A stretch of 64,000 bases of DNA from an uncultured Candidatus Poseidoniales archaeon. Lineage in GTDB: Archaea > Thermoplasmatota > Poseidoniia > Poseidoniales > Thalassarchaeaceae. Positions 1-10,288 of this stretch are shown in pieces (positions within the stretch are counted from its first letter, which is position 1; each line of letters begins with the position of its first letter). The DNA is taken from the NCBI GenBank assembly GCA_964386765.1, contig CAYLUC010000001.1, positions 4,972 through 68,971 of the forward strand. Direction: 5' to 3'. A program made the position numbers and the translations under genes. A model generated the notes under the pieces. That model did not search any database. It was not told the DNA's origin and saw nothing but the letters and a program-made list of their open reading frames with translations.

Positions 1-142
1 CTCCTCCCACTACGAGGCCAATCCTATCATCCATTGAAACCCTATCTCTGATAACTGAAACAAGCGCCTCTATCCATGCGTGACGCTCCTCAATTTCTGG
101 CCTTAGGAGACTACCTCCTACGGCTGCAACAACTGTCGCCAT
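1..142 (-). CDS. pyrH: Uridylate kinase, archaeal type (5' part only, runs off window edge)
   Basis: Not in ORF track. Manual translation from ATG at 142 gives MATVVAAVGGSLLRPEIEERHAWIEALVSVIRDRVSMDDRIGLVVGG, matching the amino-acid-kinase-family GGS and VVGG motifs. Divergent from aRF1. Confidence 0.75.
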   Translation of the reverse strand, partial: MATVVAAVGGSLLRPEIEERHAWIEALVSVIRDRVSMDDRIGLVVGG

Positions 143-239
143 CGACTAATGGGCTGGGACGCCCCCTTTCAATGCCTATGCCCGACCACCGTCTAAGGGT
201 TGAAATGCTGCCCCTCCGGCCTTCTGCAGGAGGAATGAC

Positions 240-1487
240 ATGTCTGACGAGCTTGAGCTTCAGCAGCGCAGGCTCCGCCTAAAGAAGGCAGTAGAAAACT
301 TGTCTTCAATGAAGGGCATGGGCACGGAGCTAGTTTCAGTTGTCATACCTCCTGACAGAATGATTAGTGACGTTCGTCACCAATTAGCCAATGAGGCGGG
401 GCAAGCTGCAAATATCAAATCCAAATCAACTAGGAAGCACGTATCTGACGCCATTGAGTCTGCAATTGCATCTCTGAACAAGTACAAGACCCCTGGAGAG
501 AGGGGATTAGCTCTATTCGTTGGGCACGTCATTGTCGGAAATAACAAGACAAGGCTGGTGAGCGTTGTCATAGACGATCCCCCAGAGCCCTTCGGGTCAT
601 ACAGGTACAGGTGTGGGTCCACATTCGAGATCAGTCAACTCGAGGAGATGCTGATAGATAGGACAGCATACGGGCTATTCGTAATAGATCGTTCAGAGGC
701 AGCTTATGGTCTCGCCAGTGGAAAGAGACTGCATTGTCAGGAACATGTAACCTCATTGGTTCCATCAAAACACGGACGAGGCGGCCAATCAGCTCAGAGA
801 TTCGAGAGGCTAATCGAGGAAGCCGCCGACAAATTCTTCAAGAAATCTGCAGAGAGGGCTTGCGCCTATTGGCTTCCAATGATTGAAGACTTACAGGGCA
901 TCATCATTGGGGGGCCTGGGGCGACCAAGGACTACGTGGTAAAGAACGACTACTTTCACCATGAGATAAAGAAACTAATCAGGGAACCATTCTTCGATGT
1001 CGGTTACTCCAATGAGAGTGGCCTGAGGGAACTTATTCAACGTGCTGGAGGACTAATGGACCAAATTGAATTAGACGCTGAGAGGAAACTTGTGGACACA
1101 TTCCTCAGGGAGGTCATGCAGGCCCATCCCAAGGCAACATATGGAGAAGTCATGATTAGAAGCGCTCTGGAGCAGGGTGCCGTAGACAGGCTACTACTGT
1201 CCGAGAATGTATCAAAGAGAAGGGTTGTTTGGCGTTGTAAGAATTGCGGCAATGAATGGGAGGCCACTCAGGATAGGCGTTCCGAAGCTACTGCTTGCAA
1301 CTCATGTTCATCGGAGCAAGTTAGAGAAGATGAGGAGAAGTCAATGGATCTTATCGACGAATTATCACTAATCGCCGGACATACGTCAGCATCCGTGACA
1401 TTGATCTCCATGGACACAGAAGAGGGTGCGACCTTGTACGAGGCTTTCGGTGGAGTAGCCGCTTTACTGCGGTACCCAATTTCTTGA
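240..1487 (+). CDS. prf1: Peptide chain release factor aRF1
   Basis: GTELVS, NIKS, YRC and GGQS motifs; C-terminal FGGVAALLRY; CxxC...CxxC insert in domain 3. Confidence 0.97.
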   Translation: MSDELELQQRRLRLKKAVENLSSMKGMGTELVSVVIPPDRMISDVRHQLANEAGQAANIKSKSTRKHVSDAIESAIASLNKYKTPGERGLALFVGHVIVGNNKTRLVSVVIDDPPEPFGSYRYRCGSTFEISQLEEMLIDRTAYGLFVIDRSEAAYGLASGKRLHCQEHVTSLVPSKHGRGGQSAQRFERLIEEAADKFFKKSAERACAYWLPMIEDLQGIIIGGPGATKDYVVKNDYFHHEIKKLIREPFFDVGYSNESGLRELIQRAGGLMDQIELDAERKLVDTFLREVMQAHPKATYGEVMIRSALEQGAVDRLLLSENVSKRRVVWRCKNCGNEWEATQDRRSEATACNSCSSEQVREDEEKSMDLIDELSLIAGHTSASVTLISMDTEEGATLYEAFGGVAALLRYPIS

Positions 1488-1496
1488 GGTGAATGA

Positions 1497-3239
1497 ATGA
1501 GGGACCTAGTTAGTGAGGCAATCACCAAAATGTCTGCCCCCATTCAATCCATGGGAATTCAGGAAGGATCCTGGGAGGAACTTGTCGGACCATCAACAGT
1601 AGGGGGAGGAATGGCTGATGTGGCCATGCCATGCCATTCCCTTTCCCCTGTATTGAAGAAGAGCCCTTCAGAAATAGCGGACAATATTGCTTCCGCAGTT
1701 TCCAAGTCCCTGGAAGGAATCGCCGCCGTCTCTTCCCTAAACGGATTCGTAAATCTTTCAGCCACTGACTCATGGCTTTCTTCTAAAGCAGAGTCCCTGA
1801 TTACTGACCCAAGGATGGGTGTCGAATTAGAGGATCCTAGGACTATCGCTGTAGACTACTCCGCGCCAAATGTGGCTAAAGAAATGCATGTTGGGCACCT
1901 CAGGTCGACCGTGATTGGGGATGCCATAGTTAGGATGTTAGAATTCAAAGGCCATGTGGTGATAAAGGAGAATCATGTTGGAGATTGGGGAACTCCTTTT
2001 GGAATGCTAATTGAGCACCTCCTTGATTTGGGTGAGAGCGAAGTTGCAGAAGAAAAGGGAATCTCAGATTTCGATTCTTTCTACAAGGAGGCCAGAAAGA
2101 AATTCGATGAGGACTCCGTATTCGCCGAGAGATCAAGATCGAGAGTCGTGAAATTGCAGGGCGAGGACGATGAGACTCTACGGCTATGGAAAATCCTCGT
2201 GGATATCTCAACTAGGTACTTCAATGAGGTGTACTCAATGCTGGGAGTGCTTCTGACCGATGACGATCTGATGGGCGAGTCCGCGTATAGGCACATATTG
2301 CCAGACGTCGTTGAGAGGCTCTCTGAAAGTGGAATGCTTGAGAATAGCGACGGAGCTGAGGTTGTATTTCTCGGCGGTAAGTGGGTGAACCGTGAGGGCG
2401 ACCCATTCCCTGTTATGATCAGGAAGGCGGATGGGGGCTACAACTACTCTACATCTGATCTTGCCTGTATTATCGACAGAGTTGAGAGGTTGGGGTGTGA
2501 TGACTTGCTATATGTAGTCGGAACTCCCCAGAAACAGCATTTCGAAATGGTATTTGAAGTTGCCAATAATGCTGGTTTTATTGATCAGGGGAATCGTACA
2601 GTACACGTAAACTTTGGTTCCGTGCTAGATTCGGATGGACAGATGTTGAAGAGTAGGAAGGGCCAGAATGTGAAACTTGTAGACCTTCTAAGGGAGGCAA
2701 TAGTAAGGGCTGACTCTTCAATTTCCGAGAAAAACCCAAATCTCACGGGCAGAGATAGGGAGGAAGCCGCCAAGATGATAGGAATAGGGGCTGTGAAATA
2801 CTCGGACCTTTCTTCTGATAGGACTAAGGATTACATCTTTGATTGGGATAGGATGTTGTCATTTGAGGGAAATACAGCACCGTATCTGCAGTATTCACAC
2901 GCAAGAATTAGTAGTATTTTCTCACGTTCGGGAGTAACTAGAGATTCTCTAAAGGACTCCAGAATAATTCTTTCTACATCTGAGGAAAGGGCATTAGCCA
3001 GGGCATTACTGGGATTCTCCGAGGCGGTGGACTATTCAATCGAAGGATTGTACCCTCACAGACTGTGCACCCATTTGCATTCAGTATCGTCTTCCTTCGC
3101 TTCATTCTATGAGGTATGTCACGTGCTAGATGGCGATGATGACGTGAAGTCAAGCCGCCTGGCACTATGTGACATGACTGCTAGATCCCTTTCCCTAGGC
3201 CTCGGGCTTCTCGGAATAGAAACACCAGAAAGAATGTGA
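1497..3239 (+). CDS. argS: Arginine--tRNA ligase (bacterial-like)
   Basis: DYSAPNVAKEMHVGHLRST HIGH region, GDWGTPFGML, FEGNTAPYLQY, C-terminal ERM. Confidence 0.96.
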   Translation: MRDLVSEAITKMSAPIQSMGIQEGSWEELVGPSTVGGGMADVAMPCHSLSPVLKKSPSEIADNIASAVSKSLEGIAAVSSLNGFVNLSATDSWLSSKAESLITDPRMGVELEDPRTIAVDYSAPNVAKEMHVGHLRSTVIGDAIVRMLEFKGHVVIKENHVGDWGTPFGMLIEHLLDLGESEVAEEKGISDFDSFYKEARKKFDEDSVFAERSRSRVVKLQGEDDETLRLWKILVDISTRYFNEVYSMLGVLLTDDDLMGESAYRHILPDVVERLSESGMLENSDGAEVVFLGGKWVNREGDPFPVMIRKADGGYNYSTSDLACIIDRVERLGCDDLLYVVGTPQKQHFEMVFEVANNAGFIDQGNRTVHVNFGSVLDSDGQMLKSRKGQNVKLVDLLREAIVRADSSISEKNPNLTGRDREEAAKMIGIGAVKYSDLSSDRTKDYIFDWDRMLSFEGNTAPYLQYSHARISSIFSRSGVTRDSLKDSRIILSTSEERALARALLGFSEAVDYSIEGLYPHRLCTHLHSVSSSFASFYEVCHVLDGDDDVKSSRLALCDMTARSLSLGLGLLGIETPERM

Positions 3240-3243
3240 AACC

Positions 3244-5010
3244 CTATGATTCTCCATAGGATAGGTATCTGACTAGGGAACCGAAGATTACACCGGATAC
3301 TACCAGGCTCTCTTCGTTGAATCTGTCCATCCCGTCGAGGAAAGTGTGGTATTCTGACGAACCGGAACCATAGCAAACTATCGCATCCCCATATTCCATC
3401 CCATCCTCAGGGACTTCATCGATTTCATAAACGAAAGGAGCATGGTCTGAGTTGTACGGCATGCCACTGGACTCTATGTCCCTGATTTCCACTTCATATC
3501 TTGATGACAATTCTGGATAGGTATCAGAGAAAGTTTTGTGAATCCCCCTGAGCGACTCCACATCCTTCTTACTATTGCCGAACATTGTGAGGCCCGAGTT
3601 CCTCTCGGCATCGACATGATTCATATCGAGATTAACGTAGAGTCTGAGATTTTCACCGAGCATAGTCCTATACTTATCGACCCATTCCTTGGAACCCCAA
3701 AGCCCCTCTTCTTCACCCCCCCATGTACAGAAGTATAGTGTGTGCAGAGGTTGTCCTAACTGGGACTCCAGAATTCCAAATTGTCTGGCAATTTCTTGAA
3801 GTGTCGCTACGCCGGATGTATCGTCAACTGCACCCGGCCCATTGTATACTGTGTCGTGGTGCGCCCCCAACACTATGACAGAATCGGATTTTCCTTGGAT
3901 GACCCCACATGGGACATGAATAGTAGCTACTCCTTGATTGTCCACATCGGTATACATTCCAAGCCTCCCGTCACCGTTGATGATCATGTCAACTATAGTC
4001 TCCCCAACGCTTTTCGATACCATGATGAATCCAAAACTATCGGGAATGAAATCGAATTGATTCCTGTCGACCGATTTGAAGTAGGGTATGCAATCGTTAC
4101 TGATCAAATCATCACAGTTCTGCCGAGCATTAATTGTAATCATGCTATACACGTCATTTTCTATCGCGCGCTGCAGGAGTGCCGTGTTGCCATCTGTGCC
4201 ATCCTCCAGCCAAACCATTGCTACTTTACTAGCAGCAGAACTCCAATCGGAGTCTATGCTGCCATTACCAAGGTCAATTATATCCATATCTTCAACATAG
4301 CCGATTGAGGCAGAACCACTGTAGCCCTGGATTACGAACTCTTCTCTATGTGTAAATTCTGTAATTTCCCTATTCACGTCAGCCGATGAGCAGGGCGTTG
4401 GGCCCCCTATCAGATTCCCTATGTCTCCAGAGACACAAATCGATAGTGAAGGCTCGTTACCAATAACGAACATGGGGACCTCGAAATCATCCATCGTCGT
4501 TGGTATCCCCGACGAGGTAAAGTTGTTTTTTATTGATTCAGCAGCATTCTGCTCCTCCACCGTGCCCGACATTCTGCCTTCCCAGTCTGGGTGTCCAAGA
4601 TTAACGAGGGACTGCGCATAGTCCCTAACTTGTTCCTGTTCGAAATCAATTAGTTTGTATTCCGGCTCACCCTGAATCCAATCCAAAATGTCATCTCCAT
4701 AGAGAAACGCACCACCCGCTCCGCCAATCATGAGTATTGCTGTTACCGCAAGAACCGATACGGGTAACTCCTTGATCCTCCCAATTCTATTTCGGACATT
4801 CGTGGGGGAATTGTAGTAGAGAATCTTCTCAAACATCCCGGCTTCTGGGAGTTCATCACTAACATCAACAACTTCTGCTTCAAGTACCCCGAGCCCAGAC
4901 AGCCTCTCGACAAGCTCTTTCTTGTTGCCAGAAACAGGCAAATCTCTTGATTTCAGCTCCTCCTTGAGTTCCGAAACGGTCAACTTCGACCATTTGGGAA
5001 TATCATCCAT
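3244..5010 (-). CDS. SAP-domain, membrane-anchored M28 family peptidase
   Basis: N-terminal SAP motif (KLTVSELKEELKSRDLPVSGNKKELVERL), one TM helix, then M28 motifs GAHHD, GAVDD, GEEEG, NLDM, SDH, YHT. Start moved to ATG 5010 (GAGGAG upstream). Confidence 0.85.
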   Translation of the reverse strand: MDDIPKWSKLTVSELKEELKSRDLPVSGNKKELVERLSGLGVLEAEVVDVSDELPEAGMFEKILYYNSPTNVRNRIGRIKELPVSVLAVTAILMIGGAGGAFLYGDDILDWIQGEPEYKLIDFEQEQVRDYAQSLVNLGHPDWEGRMSGTVEEQNAAESIKNNFTSSGIPTTMDDFEVPMFVIGNEPSLSICVSGDIGNLIGGPTPCSSADVNREITEFTHREEFVIQGYSGSASIGYVEDMDIIDLGNGSIDSDWSSAASKVAMVWLEDGTDGNTALLQRAIENDVYSMITINARQNCDDLISNDCIPYFKSVDRNQFDFIPDSFGFIMVSKSVGETIVDMIINGDGRLGMYTDVDNQGVATIHVPCGVIQGKSDSVIVLGAHHDTVYNGPGAVDDTSGVATLQEIARQFGILESQLGQPLHTLYFCTWGGEEEGLWGSKEWVDKYRTMLGENLRLYVNLDMNHVDAERNSGLTMFGNSKKDVESLRGIHKTFSDTYPELSSRYEVEIRDIESSGMPYNSDHAPFVYEIDEVPEDGMEYGDAIVCYGSGSSEYHTFLDGMDRFNEESLVVSGVIFGSLVRYLSYGES

Positions 5011-5072
5011 CGTGATATTACGACTCCTCTTGACTATTGAACCCATTTGGGAAACCCTCACAAATGAGTCAA

Positions 5073-5651
5073 TTAGTCTCGCTGAACTTCCTCACCGGTC
5101 CACCTTTTTCCAAGCCCATGATCGACTTCTAGCTGATCGAGAATTCTTGCCACAACAAAATCAACTAATTCCTCAATAGATGTGGGCGAGTGATAAAATC
5201 CGGGATTTGCAGGTAGGATTACAACCCCCCATGATGACATCTTTGCCATCGCTTCTAGGTGAGGGGTGGACATCGGCGTCTCCCTTGGAACAAGGACGAG
5301 CTTTCTGCGTTCCTTAATTGCTACAAGTGCACTTCTAGTGGCCAAGTTATCTGAGATTCCAGATGCAATTTTCCCTATGGTAGTTCCACTGGCTGGACAG
5401 ACGACGTAAGCATCGTACTTCGCCGAACCCGAGGCGGGCCTAGCAGCAAGGTTCGAGTTACTGTGTATGGAAACTCCATCTATGCCCGCCAAGTCACTGG
5501 ATTTCATATTGCATTCCAATTCGAGATTAATTTCTCCCGCACCTGTCACAATCAAGTCAACAGACCACCCAGCATTGCTAAGTTGTTCAACCAGCCTCAC
5601 TCCGTATCTGGCTCCTGAGGCACCAGTAATCGCCACTACGGCTTCCGGCAT
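5073..5651 (-). CDS. ubiX: Flavin prenyltransferase UbiX
   Basis: ITGASG, ASGS, LVPRETP, PGFY motifs. Confidence 0.93.
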   Translation of the reverse strand: MPEAVVAITGASGARYGVRLVEQLSNAGWSVDLIVTGAGEINLELECNMKSSDLAGIDGVSIHSNSNLAARPASGSAKYDAYVVCPASGTTIGKIASGISDNLATRSALVAIKERRKLVLVPRETPMSTPHLEAMAKMSSWGVVILPANPGFYHSPTSIEELVDFVVARILDQLEVDHGLGKRWTGEEVQRD

Positions 5652-5688
5652 GTATGGCGGGTCGCACTCAGTGGATTTGAATGGTTTC

Positions 5689-6882
5689 CTACTCGCTAAG
5701 AATTCTTTTCAATGACTCTCCGAGGTAAATGTACTCATCTTCATGGTTGTATAGCTGAGCTGAAATCCTGATATATTTCGTCCCATGATGGGTCCAAGCC
5801 ATCACTGGAACTTGAATTCTGAATTCATCATACAGGAGATTGTGAATGGGGTCACCATCCATCCCGGGGGCAGTTACCTCCCCTTCCCAAGGAAACTCCA
5901 CAGCTGCCAAAGAGGAAATCATCGACTCGGGCGTTGGAGGGGTTGTCTTGAGTGCATCACAGAGGATTTCCCTGCCCCTTATGGCCAAGCTCCTGTTCCT
6001 ATCCATTATTTCCGGCCATCCCCCTTCGACCAAACCTCCTAGATATTCTAAAGCAAATGGTATGCATAGCCAGGGCGTTGGATCTTGGGTTCCCGGCCAA
6101 TCGAATTCGAATCTGAATTTCTCTTGAACGGTTCCATCACTAGAGTATCCATGACTAATGTTTAGTGGTTTGATCAACTCCTTCTTGTCTTCTCTGATAT
6201 GGAGGAATGCAGAGCCCTTGGGGGTGCAAATCCATTTGTGACAGTTCCCCGTAATGTAGGCCGGTTGAAGATTTGAAACGTCTATTGGCACAATACCGGG
6301 ACCATGCGCGGCATCCAGTAGGACGTCAACATCCATTTGCTGGAGTTGCTTTACCAGTTTTTCGAATGGCATCCTTAGTCCTGTTGGACTGGTTACCGTG
6401 TCAATTAATGCCAGAACGGTATTTTCAGTGACTGCATCAAGAATCAGACTCACTATTTCTTGTTCACTTTCTACTCTGAAAGGAATGTTGACAACCACCG
6501 TTTTGGCTCCTGATCTGGAAGTAACGTAGTCAATGGCATTCCGACATGCCTGGTATGCATGATTCGGCACAATTATCTCATCACCCTCGTTCAGGACAAG
6601 TGACCTCAATACGGTATTCACACCAGCGGTCGCGTTAGTGACAAAGGTCATCCCATCCGGATCGGCATTAATGAAATCAGAGATTGCGACAATTGACTCC
6701 CACCAAAGCTCCCTACTAATTCTCTCTACGAAAAGAACCGGGTCATTCTCTAATTGGTCTCGCAGTCTCTGCTGCTCCTCCAGAACGGCAATGGGAGTGG
6801 CGCCGAAGGAACCATGATTGAGAAAGATAGTATTCTCATCTAGGCTCCAATGCTCTGACAAATCGCTTCTCCTGGGAATCAT
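5689..6882 (-). CDS. Class V PLP-dependent enzyme (isopenicillin N epimerase / cysteine-lyase-like)
   Basis: FLNHGSFGA, DAAHGPG, NCHKW (PLP lysine), RISAQLYN. ATG at 6882 overlaps the lipB stop (ATGA). Confidence 0.88.
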   Translation of the reverse strand: MIPRRSDLSEHWSLDENTIFLNHGSFGATPIAVLEEQQRLRDQLENDPVLFVERISRELWWESIVAISDFINADPDGMTFVTNATAGVNTVLRSLVLNEGDEIIVPNHAYQACRNAIDYVTSRSGAKTVVVNIPFRVESEQEIVSLILDAVTENTVLALIDTVTSPTGLRMPFEKLVKQLQQMDVDVLLDAAHGPGIVPIDVSNLQPAYITGNCHKWICTPKGSAFLHIREDKKELIKPLNISHGYSSDGTVQEKFRFEFDWPGTQDPTPWLCIPFALEYLGGLVEGGWPEIMDRNRSLAIRGREILCDALKTTPPTPESMISSLAAVEFPWEGEVTAPGMDGDPIHNLLYDEFRIQVPVMAWTHHGTKYIRISAQLYNHEDEYIYLGESLKRILSE

Positions 6883-7553
6883 GCCAATACTTCCGGGGCC
6901 CAACTTTCTGGATTTGCGGGCGTCCTGTTCAGAACCCCCTCACAGGTCTCCAGCAATGCCTCCTCAAATCTCTGGATATCTATTAGCTTGCCATCTCTAT
7001 CGTAGCAATGCCCAAGTTGGTGTAGACTTGTGTGGGTGCCCCTGACCATTCCGCAACCCTCTAGGTCCTCGACCCTGGTTCCCGGGGTGTTGATGTTGAT
7101 TGACATCCCATGTCGACTCACCCAATGTAAGAATGAAAGGCCAATTGAGCATATCTTGTGACCATCCACCCAAGCCCCCTGCATTGAGGCATCTTTGTAT
7201 GAAACTATGCCACAGTTTTCTAACGAAGCTATAGCCCAGTCTTCCAGTAATCCGATAATCCCCCTGACACTCTGCTCCTCTAATTCCCACTTGATGATTG
7301 GGTAAACTACCAATTGCCCCGGGCCATGCCACGTTATTCCCCCGCCTCTGTCAGTTTCAGATGTGGGATATCCGTCTACAGATACTCCATCTCTTCTGGC
7401 TTTGGGTCCTATTGTGACAACTTCCGGGTGCTCAACAATGATGAGTGTGTCTGGGATGAGTCCTTCGATGCGTTCTTTCTGGAGCCTTTTCATTTCCTTG
7501 GATATAACCGAGTGTTCGACCATCCCAGCTCTGAGGACCCTTATCGCCCTCAT
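6879..7553 (-). CDS. lipB: Lipoyl(octanoyl) transferase
   Basis: EHPEVVTIG, RGGGITWHGPGQLVVYP, KICSIG, HG motifs. Confidence 0.93.
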   Translation of the reverse strand: MRAIRVLRAGMVEHSVISKEMKRLQKERIEGLIPDTLIIVEHPEVVTIGPKARRDGVSVDGYPTSETDRGGGITWHGPGQLVVYPIIKWELEEQSVRGIIGLLEDWAIASLENCGIVSYKDASMQGAWVDGHKICSIGLSFLHWVSRHGMSININTPGTRVEDLEGCGMVRGTHTSLHQLGHCYDRDGKLIDIQRFEEALLETCEGVLNRTPANPESWAPEVLA

Positions 7554-7562
7554 TCCACTACC

Positions 7563-8999
7563 TCAGGCTGAATGTATTGCATGACCAAGAGTCTTCAGAA
7601 CGCCCTCATGGAAAGCCTCGGCCATAGTCGGATGGGCATGAACTGTTTCTGAGATGTCTTCCAACAAAGCACCCATCTCCAGAGCTAGAATGAATTCTCC
7701 ATGGAGCTCAGCAACGTGGCTACCAACTGCCTGAATTCCCAATATGACATGATCAGACTCCCTCGCCACTACTCTGACGAAACCACCTGTCTTCTCGGCT
7801 TCAAGAGTTAGTGCCCGACCGTTCGCCGCTAGGGGGAATTTGCCGACAATCACTGACTCGCCTCTTTCTTCCGCCTCATGTGGGAGCATGCCGACAGAAA
7901 TCACTTCTGGTTCAGTGAAGACTATTGCAGGAATTGAAACCTTGTCGAACTCCCTATTAAGTCCCGAAATTATCTCGGCGACCATCTCACCTTGTGCGCT
8001 CGCTTTGTGGGCAAGCATCGGCTCTCCAGAAACATCCCCTATCGCAAAAACACCCGGAATGTTCGTCCTGCATTGTCTGTCTATCCTGATGAAACGGCCA
8101 GAGGCATCCATCCTTACGCCGGTTTTCTCCAATCCCCAGCCTTTCGTGTTAGGGACTCTTCCAACAGTCACCAAGACCTTGTCGACCTTCAGAGTATGTT
8201 CCTCTCCCTCCTTTTCGAATTTCAACTCGACCTTTCTGGATGCCCCCTTGCCCTTTACCTCAGCACCTCTGGCAAGAGAGTTGGTGTGTACGGTGACGCC
8301 ATGTTTTTTCAGCCAGATTTCGAGAGGCCTCCTCAATTCCCTGTCGAAGATTCCTAGAATGCTATCCATGCCTTCAACTACGGTAACTTTAGACCCTAGT
8401 TTCGCTAAAGCACACCCCAATTCCAAACCAATGTACCCCCCTCCAACAATTGCTACCTTTTTCGGCAATTTCTGAAGGTCCAATGCACCAGTTGAAGAAA
8501 GAATGAACTCTTCATCACATGGCATGAAAGGAAGATCGATATGACTCGAACCGGTTGCCAATATGACATTCTCAGCCTCTATTTCTACAGTTCCTTCAGA
8601 AGTCTCCACCAAGCACTTCTTTGGAGATGTGAATGTTGCCCACCCCTTTACCAAATCAACCCCTGCTCCTTTCAATAGCGCCTCAACTCCCTTGTTGAGC
8701 CTCTCAACTATGTCGTCTTTCCATGAAACCAGTGCCGACATGTCGAGCTCCGGTTCTCCGGATACAGATATTCCCATATGCCCATCAGACGATGCATGCC
8801 GGCCGAGTGATTCGAACCTCTCAGCAGCATGAATAATCGCCTTACTTGGAATGCACCCGCGAATTAGGCAAGTACCTCCAGCTTTGTCCCCCTCGACTAC
8901 GATGGTGTCCAACCCCAATTGTCCCGATCTTATGCCTGCAACATAACCTCCCGGACCAGCGCCGACGACCAACACCTGGCATTTTCTTGATTCAACCAT
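7563..8999 (-). CDS. lpdA: Dihydrolipoyl dehydrogenase (E3)
   Basis: GAGPGG, GGTCLIRGCIPSK redox disulfide, HAHPTMAE. Confidence 0.97.
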   Translation of the reverse strand: MVESRKCQVLVVGAGPGGYVAGIRSGQLGLDTIVVEGDKAGGTCLIRGCIPSKAIIHAAERFESLGRHASSDGHMGISVSGEPELDMSALVSWKDDIVERLNKGVEALLKGAGVDLVKGWATFTSPKKCLVETSEGTVEIEAENVILATGSSHIDLPFMPCDEEFILSSTGALDLQKLPKKVAIVGGGYIGLELGCALAKLGSKVTVVEGMDSILGIFDRELRRPLEIWLKKHGVTVHTNSLARGAEVKGKGASRKVELKFEKEGEEHTLKVDKVLVTVGRVPNTKGWGLEKTGVRMDASGRFIRIDRQCRTNIPGVFAIGDVSGEPMLAHKASAQGEMVAEIISGLNREFDKVSIPAIVFTEPEVISVGMLPHEAEERGESVIVGKFPLAANGRALTLEAEKTGGFVRVVARESDHVILGIQAVGSHVAELHGEFILALEMGALLEDISETVHAHPTMAEAFHEGVLKTLGHAIHSA

Positions 9000-9008
9000 T
9001 GGGAATCC

Positions 9009-10286
9009 TCACATGAAGATCAAGGCAGGGTGCTCTAGCATCCTCTTTAGATGTTGAATAAGCCTCGCGCCATCAGCACCATCAACTACTCTATGGTCAA
9101 ATGAACTCGACAAATTCATAATTCTACGAACAATAATCTGGCCGTTCCTAGCCACCGGCATTTCTCTGGCCTTGTGCACTCCCAGTATGGACATCTCTGG
9201 ATGATTAATTATCGGTGTGGCCCCCAGTCCCCCATCCCTCCCGAGGCTCGTAATGGTGAATGTAGAGCCAGTCAGATCATCCAGACTTGCAGTGCCGTCC
9301 CTAGCTGCTCCCGAGACTCTTATCAGTTCACTTGCAGCATTCCATATGTCTAGGGACTCGACATGCTTGACAACAGGCACGTAGAGCCCTCTTTCCGTCT
9401 GAGTTGCAATTCCGAGATTTACGGCCGAGTGTCTATGGACTACTCCTGAATCATCATAGAAGTGCCCATTACATTCAGGATGTTCGGGCATAATCTTGGA
9501 GAGGGCCAGCATAATGAATGGCAGGTAAGTCAACTTTGGCTGTTCAGGGGTTCTGCTCGAATTAAGCATCTGCCTCAAATCTTCAAGTTCAGTGACATCA
9601 ACCTCCTCGAAGTATGAGAAATGGGGAATTGAGAAGGCACTCTTAACCATCTGTTCGGAAATCTTCCTCCTCAAGCCAACAACCTTGACTTCGGTAACTT
9701 CTGTCCTTTTGGTCGAATAGGCAGATGGGGCAGCTCCCAATACAGAACCCCCTCCCGCTAGGAATGCATCTATGTCGGCGTGCCTAACTCTTCCTGCTGG
9801 GCCGCTACCATTTAGATTAGCTAAGTCAACTCCAGATTCACGTGCTCTTCTCCGCACTGCGGGACTTGCTAATATCGAGCCACCCGACTTCCCTGCATTG
9901 GGCGCTATAGCTGGAGCAGGGGGGGATGGTGGCGGGGCAGATTTCTTCTCGACCACTTCTGGCGATGGTTTTGGTTCGGGTGCTGACTCCTTTTCTGGAG
10001 GGGACTTTTCCTCTTCAGTGGGGGCCTGAGAAATTTCTGCGGCGCCATCTGTATCGAACTCGACCAAGGCAGTCCCAACAGCGATCATGTCACCAATGTC
10101 CCCGCTAAGGGAAGTTACCACTCCGTCAGTGGGAGATGGTATGGTCACTGTCGCCTTGTCAGTCATCACATCGACAATTGGGTCGTCTTCGGAGACCCTG
10201 TCGCCGACAGAAACATGCCAAGTAACAACCTCTCCCTCGACAACCCCCTCGCCAATATCAGGGAGCTTGAATACGTATTTTCCCAA
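9009..10286 (-). CDS. bkdB: 2-oxo acid dehydrogenase E2, dihydrolipoamide acyltransferase (branched-chain type)
   Basis: Lipoyl domain MTDKA, peripheral subunit-binding ASPAVRR, catalytic DHRVVDG. Confidence 0.92.
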   Translation of the reverse strand: MGKYVFKLPDIGEGVVEGEVVTWHVSVGDRVSEDDPIVDVMTDKATVTIPSPTDGVVTSLSGDIGDMIAVGTALVEFDTDGAAEISQAPTEEEKSPPEKESAPEPKPSPEVVEKKSAPPPSPPAPAIAPNAGKSGGSILASPAVRRRARESGVDLANLNGSGPAGRVRHADIDAFLAGGGSVLGAAPSAYSTKRTEVTEVKVVGLRRKISEQMVKSAFSIPHFSYFEEVDVTELEDLRQMLNSSRTPEQPKLTYLPFIMLALSKIMPEHPECNGHFYDDSGVVHRHSAVNLGIATQTERGLYVPVVKHVESLDIWNAASELIRVSGAARDGTASLDDLTGSTFTITSLGRDGGLGATPIINHPEMSILGVHKAREMPVARNGQIIVRRIMNLSSSFDHRVVDGADGARLIQHLKRMLEHPALIFM

Positions 10287-10288
10287 GC

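Noticed and set aside
1230-1315. CxxC...CxxC insert in aRF1 as a novelty
   Set aside because: Zinc-binding mini-domain inserts are already known in archaeal aRF1 domain 3
7840-8475. Long antisense ORFs (here and e.g. 17466-18014, 62053-62745, 43256-43759)
   Set aside because: Shadow frames opposite well-supported genes, with Ser/Pro-rich composition typical of antisense to acidic proteins
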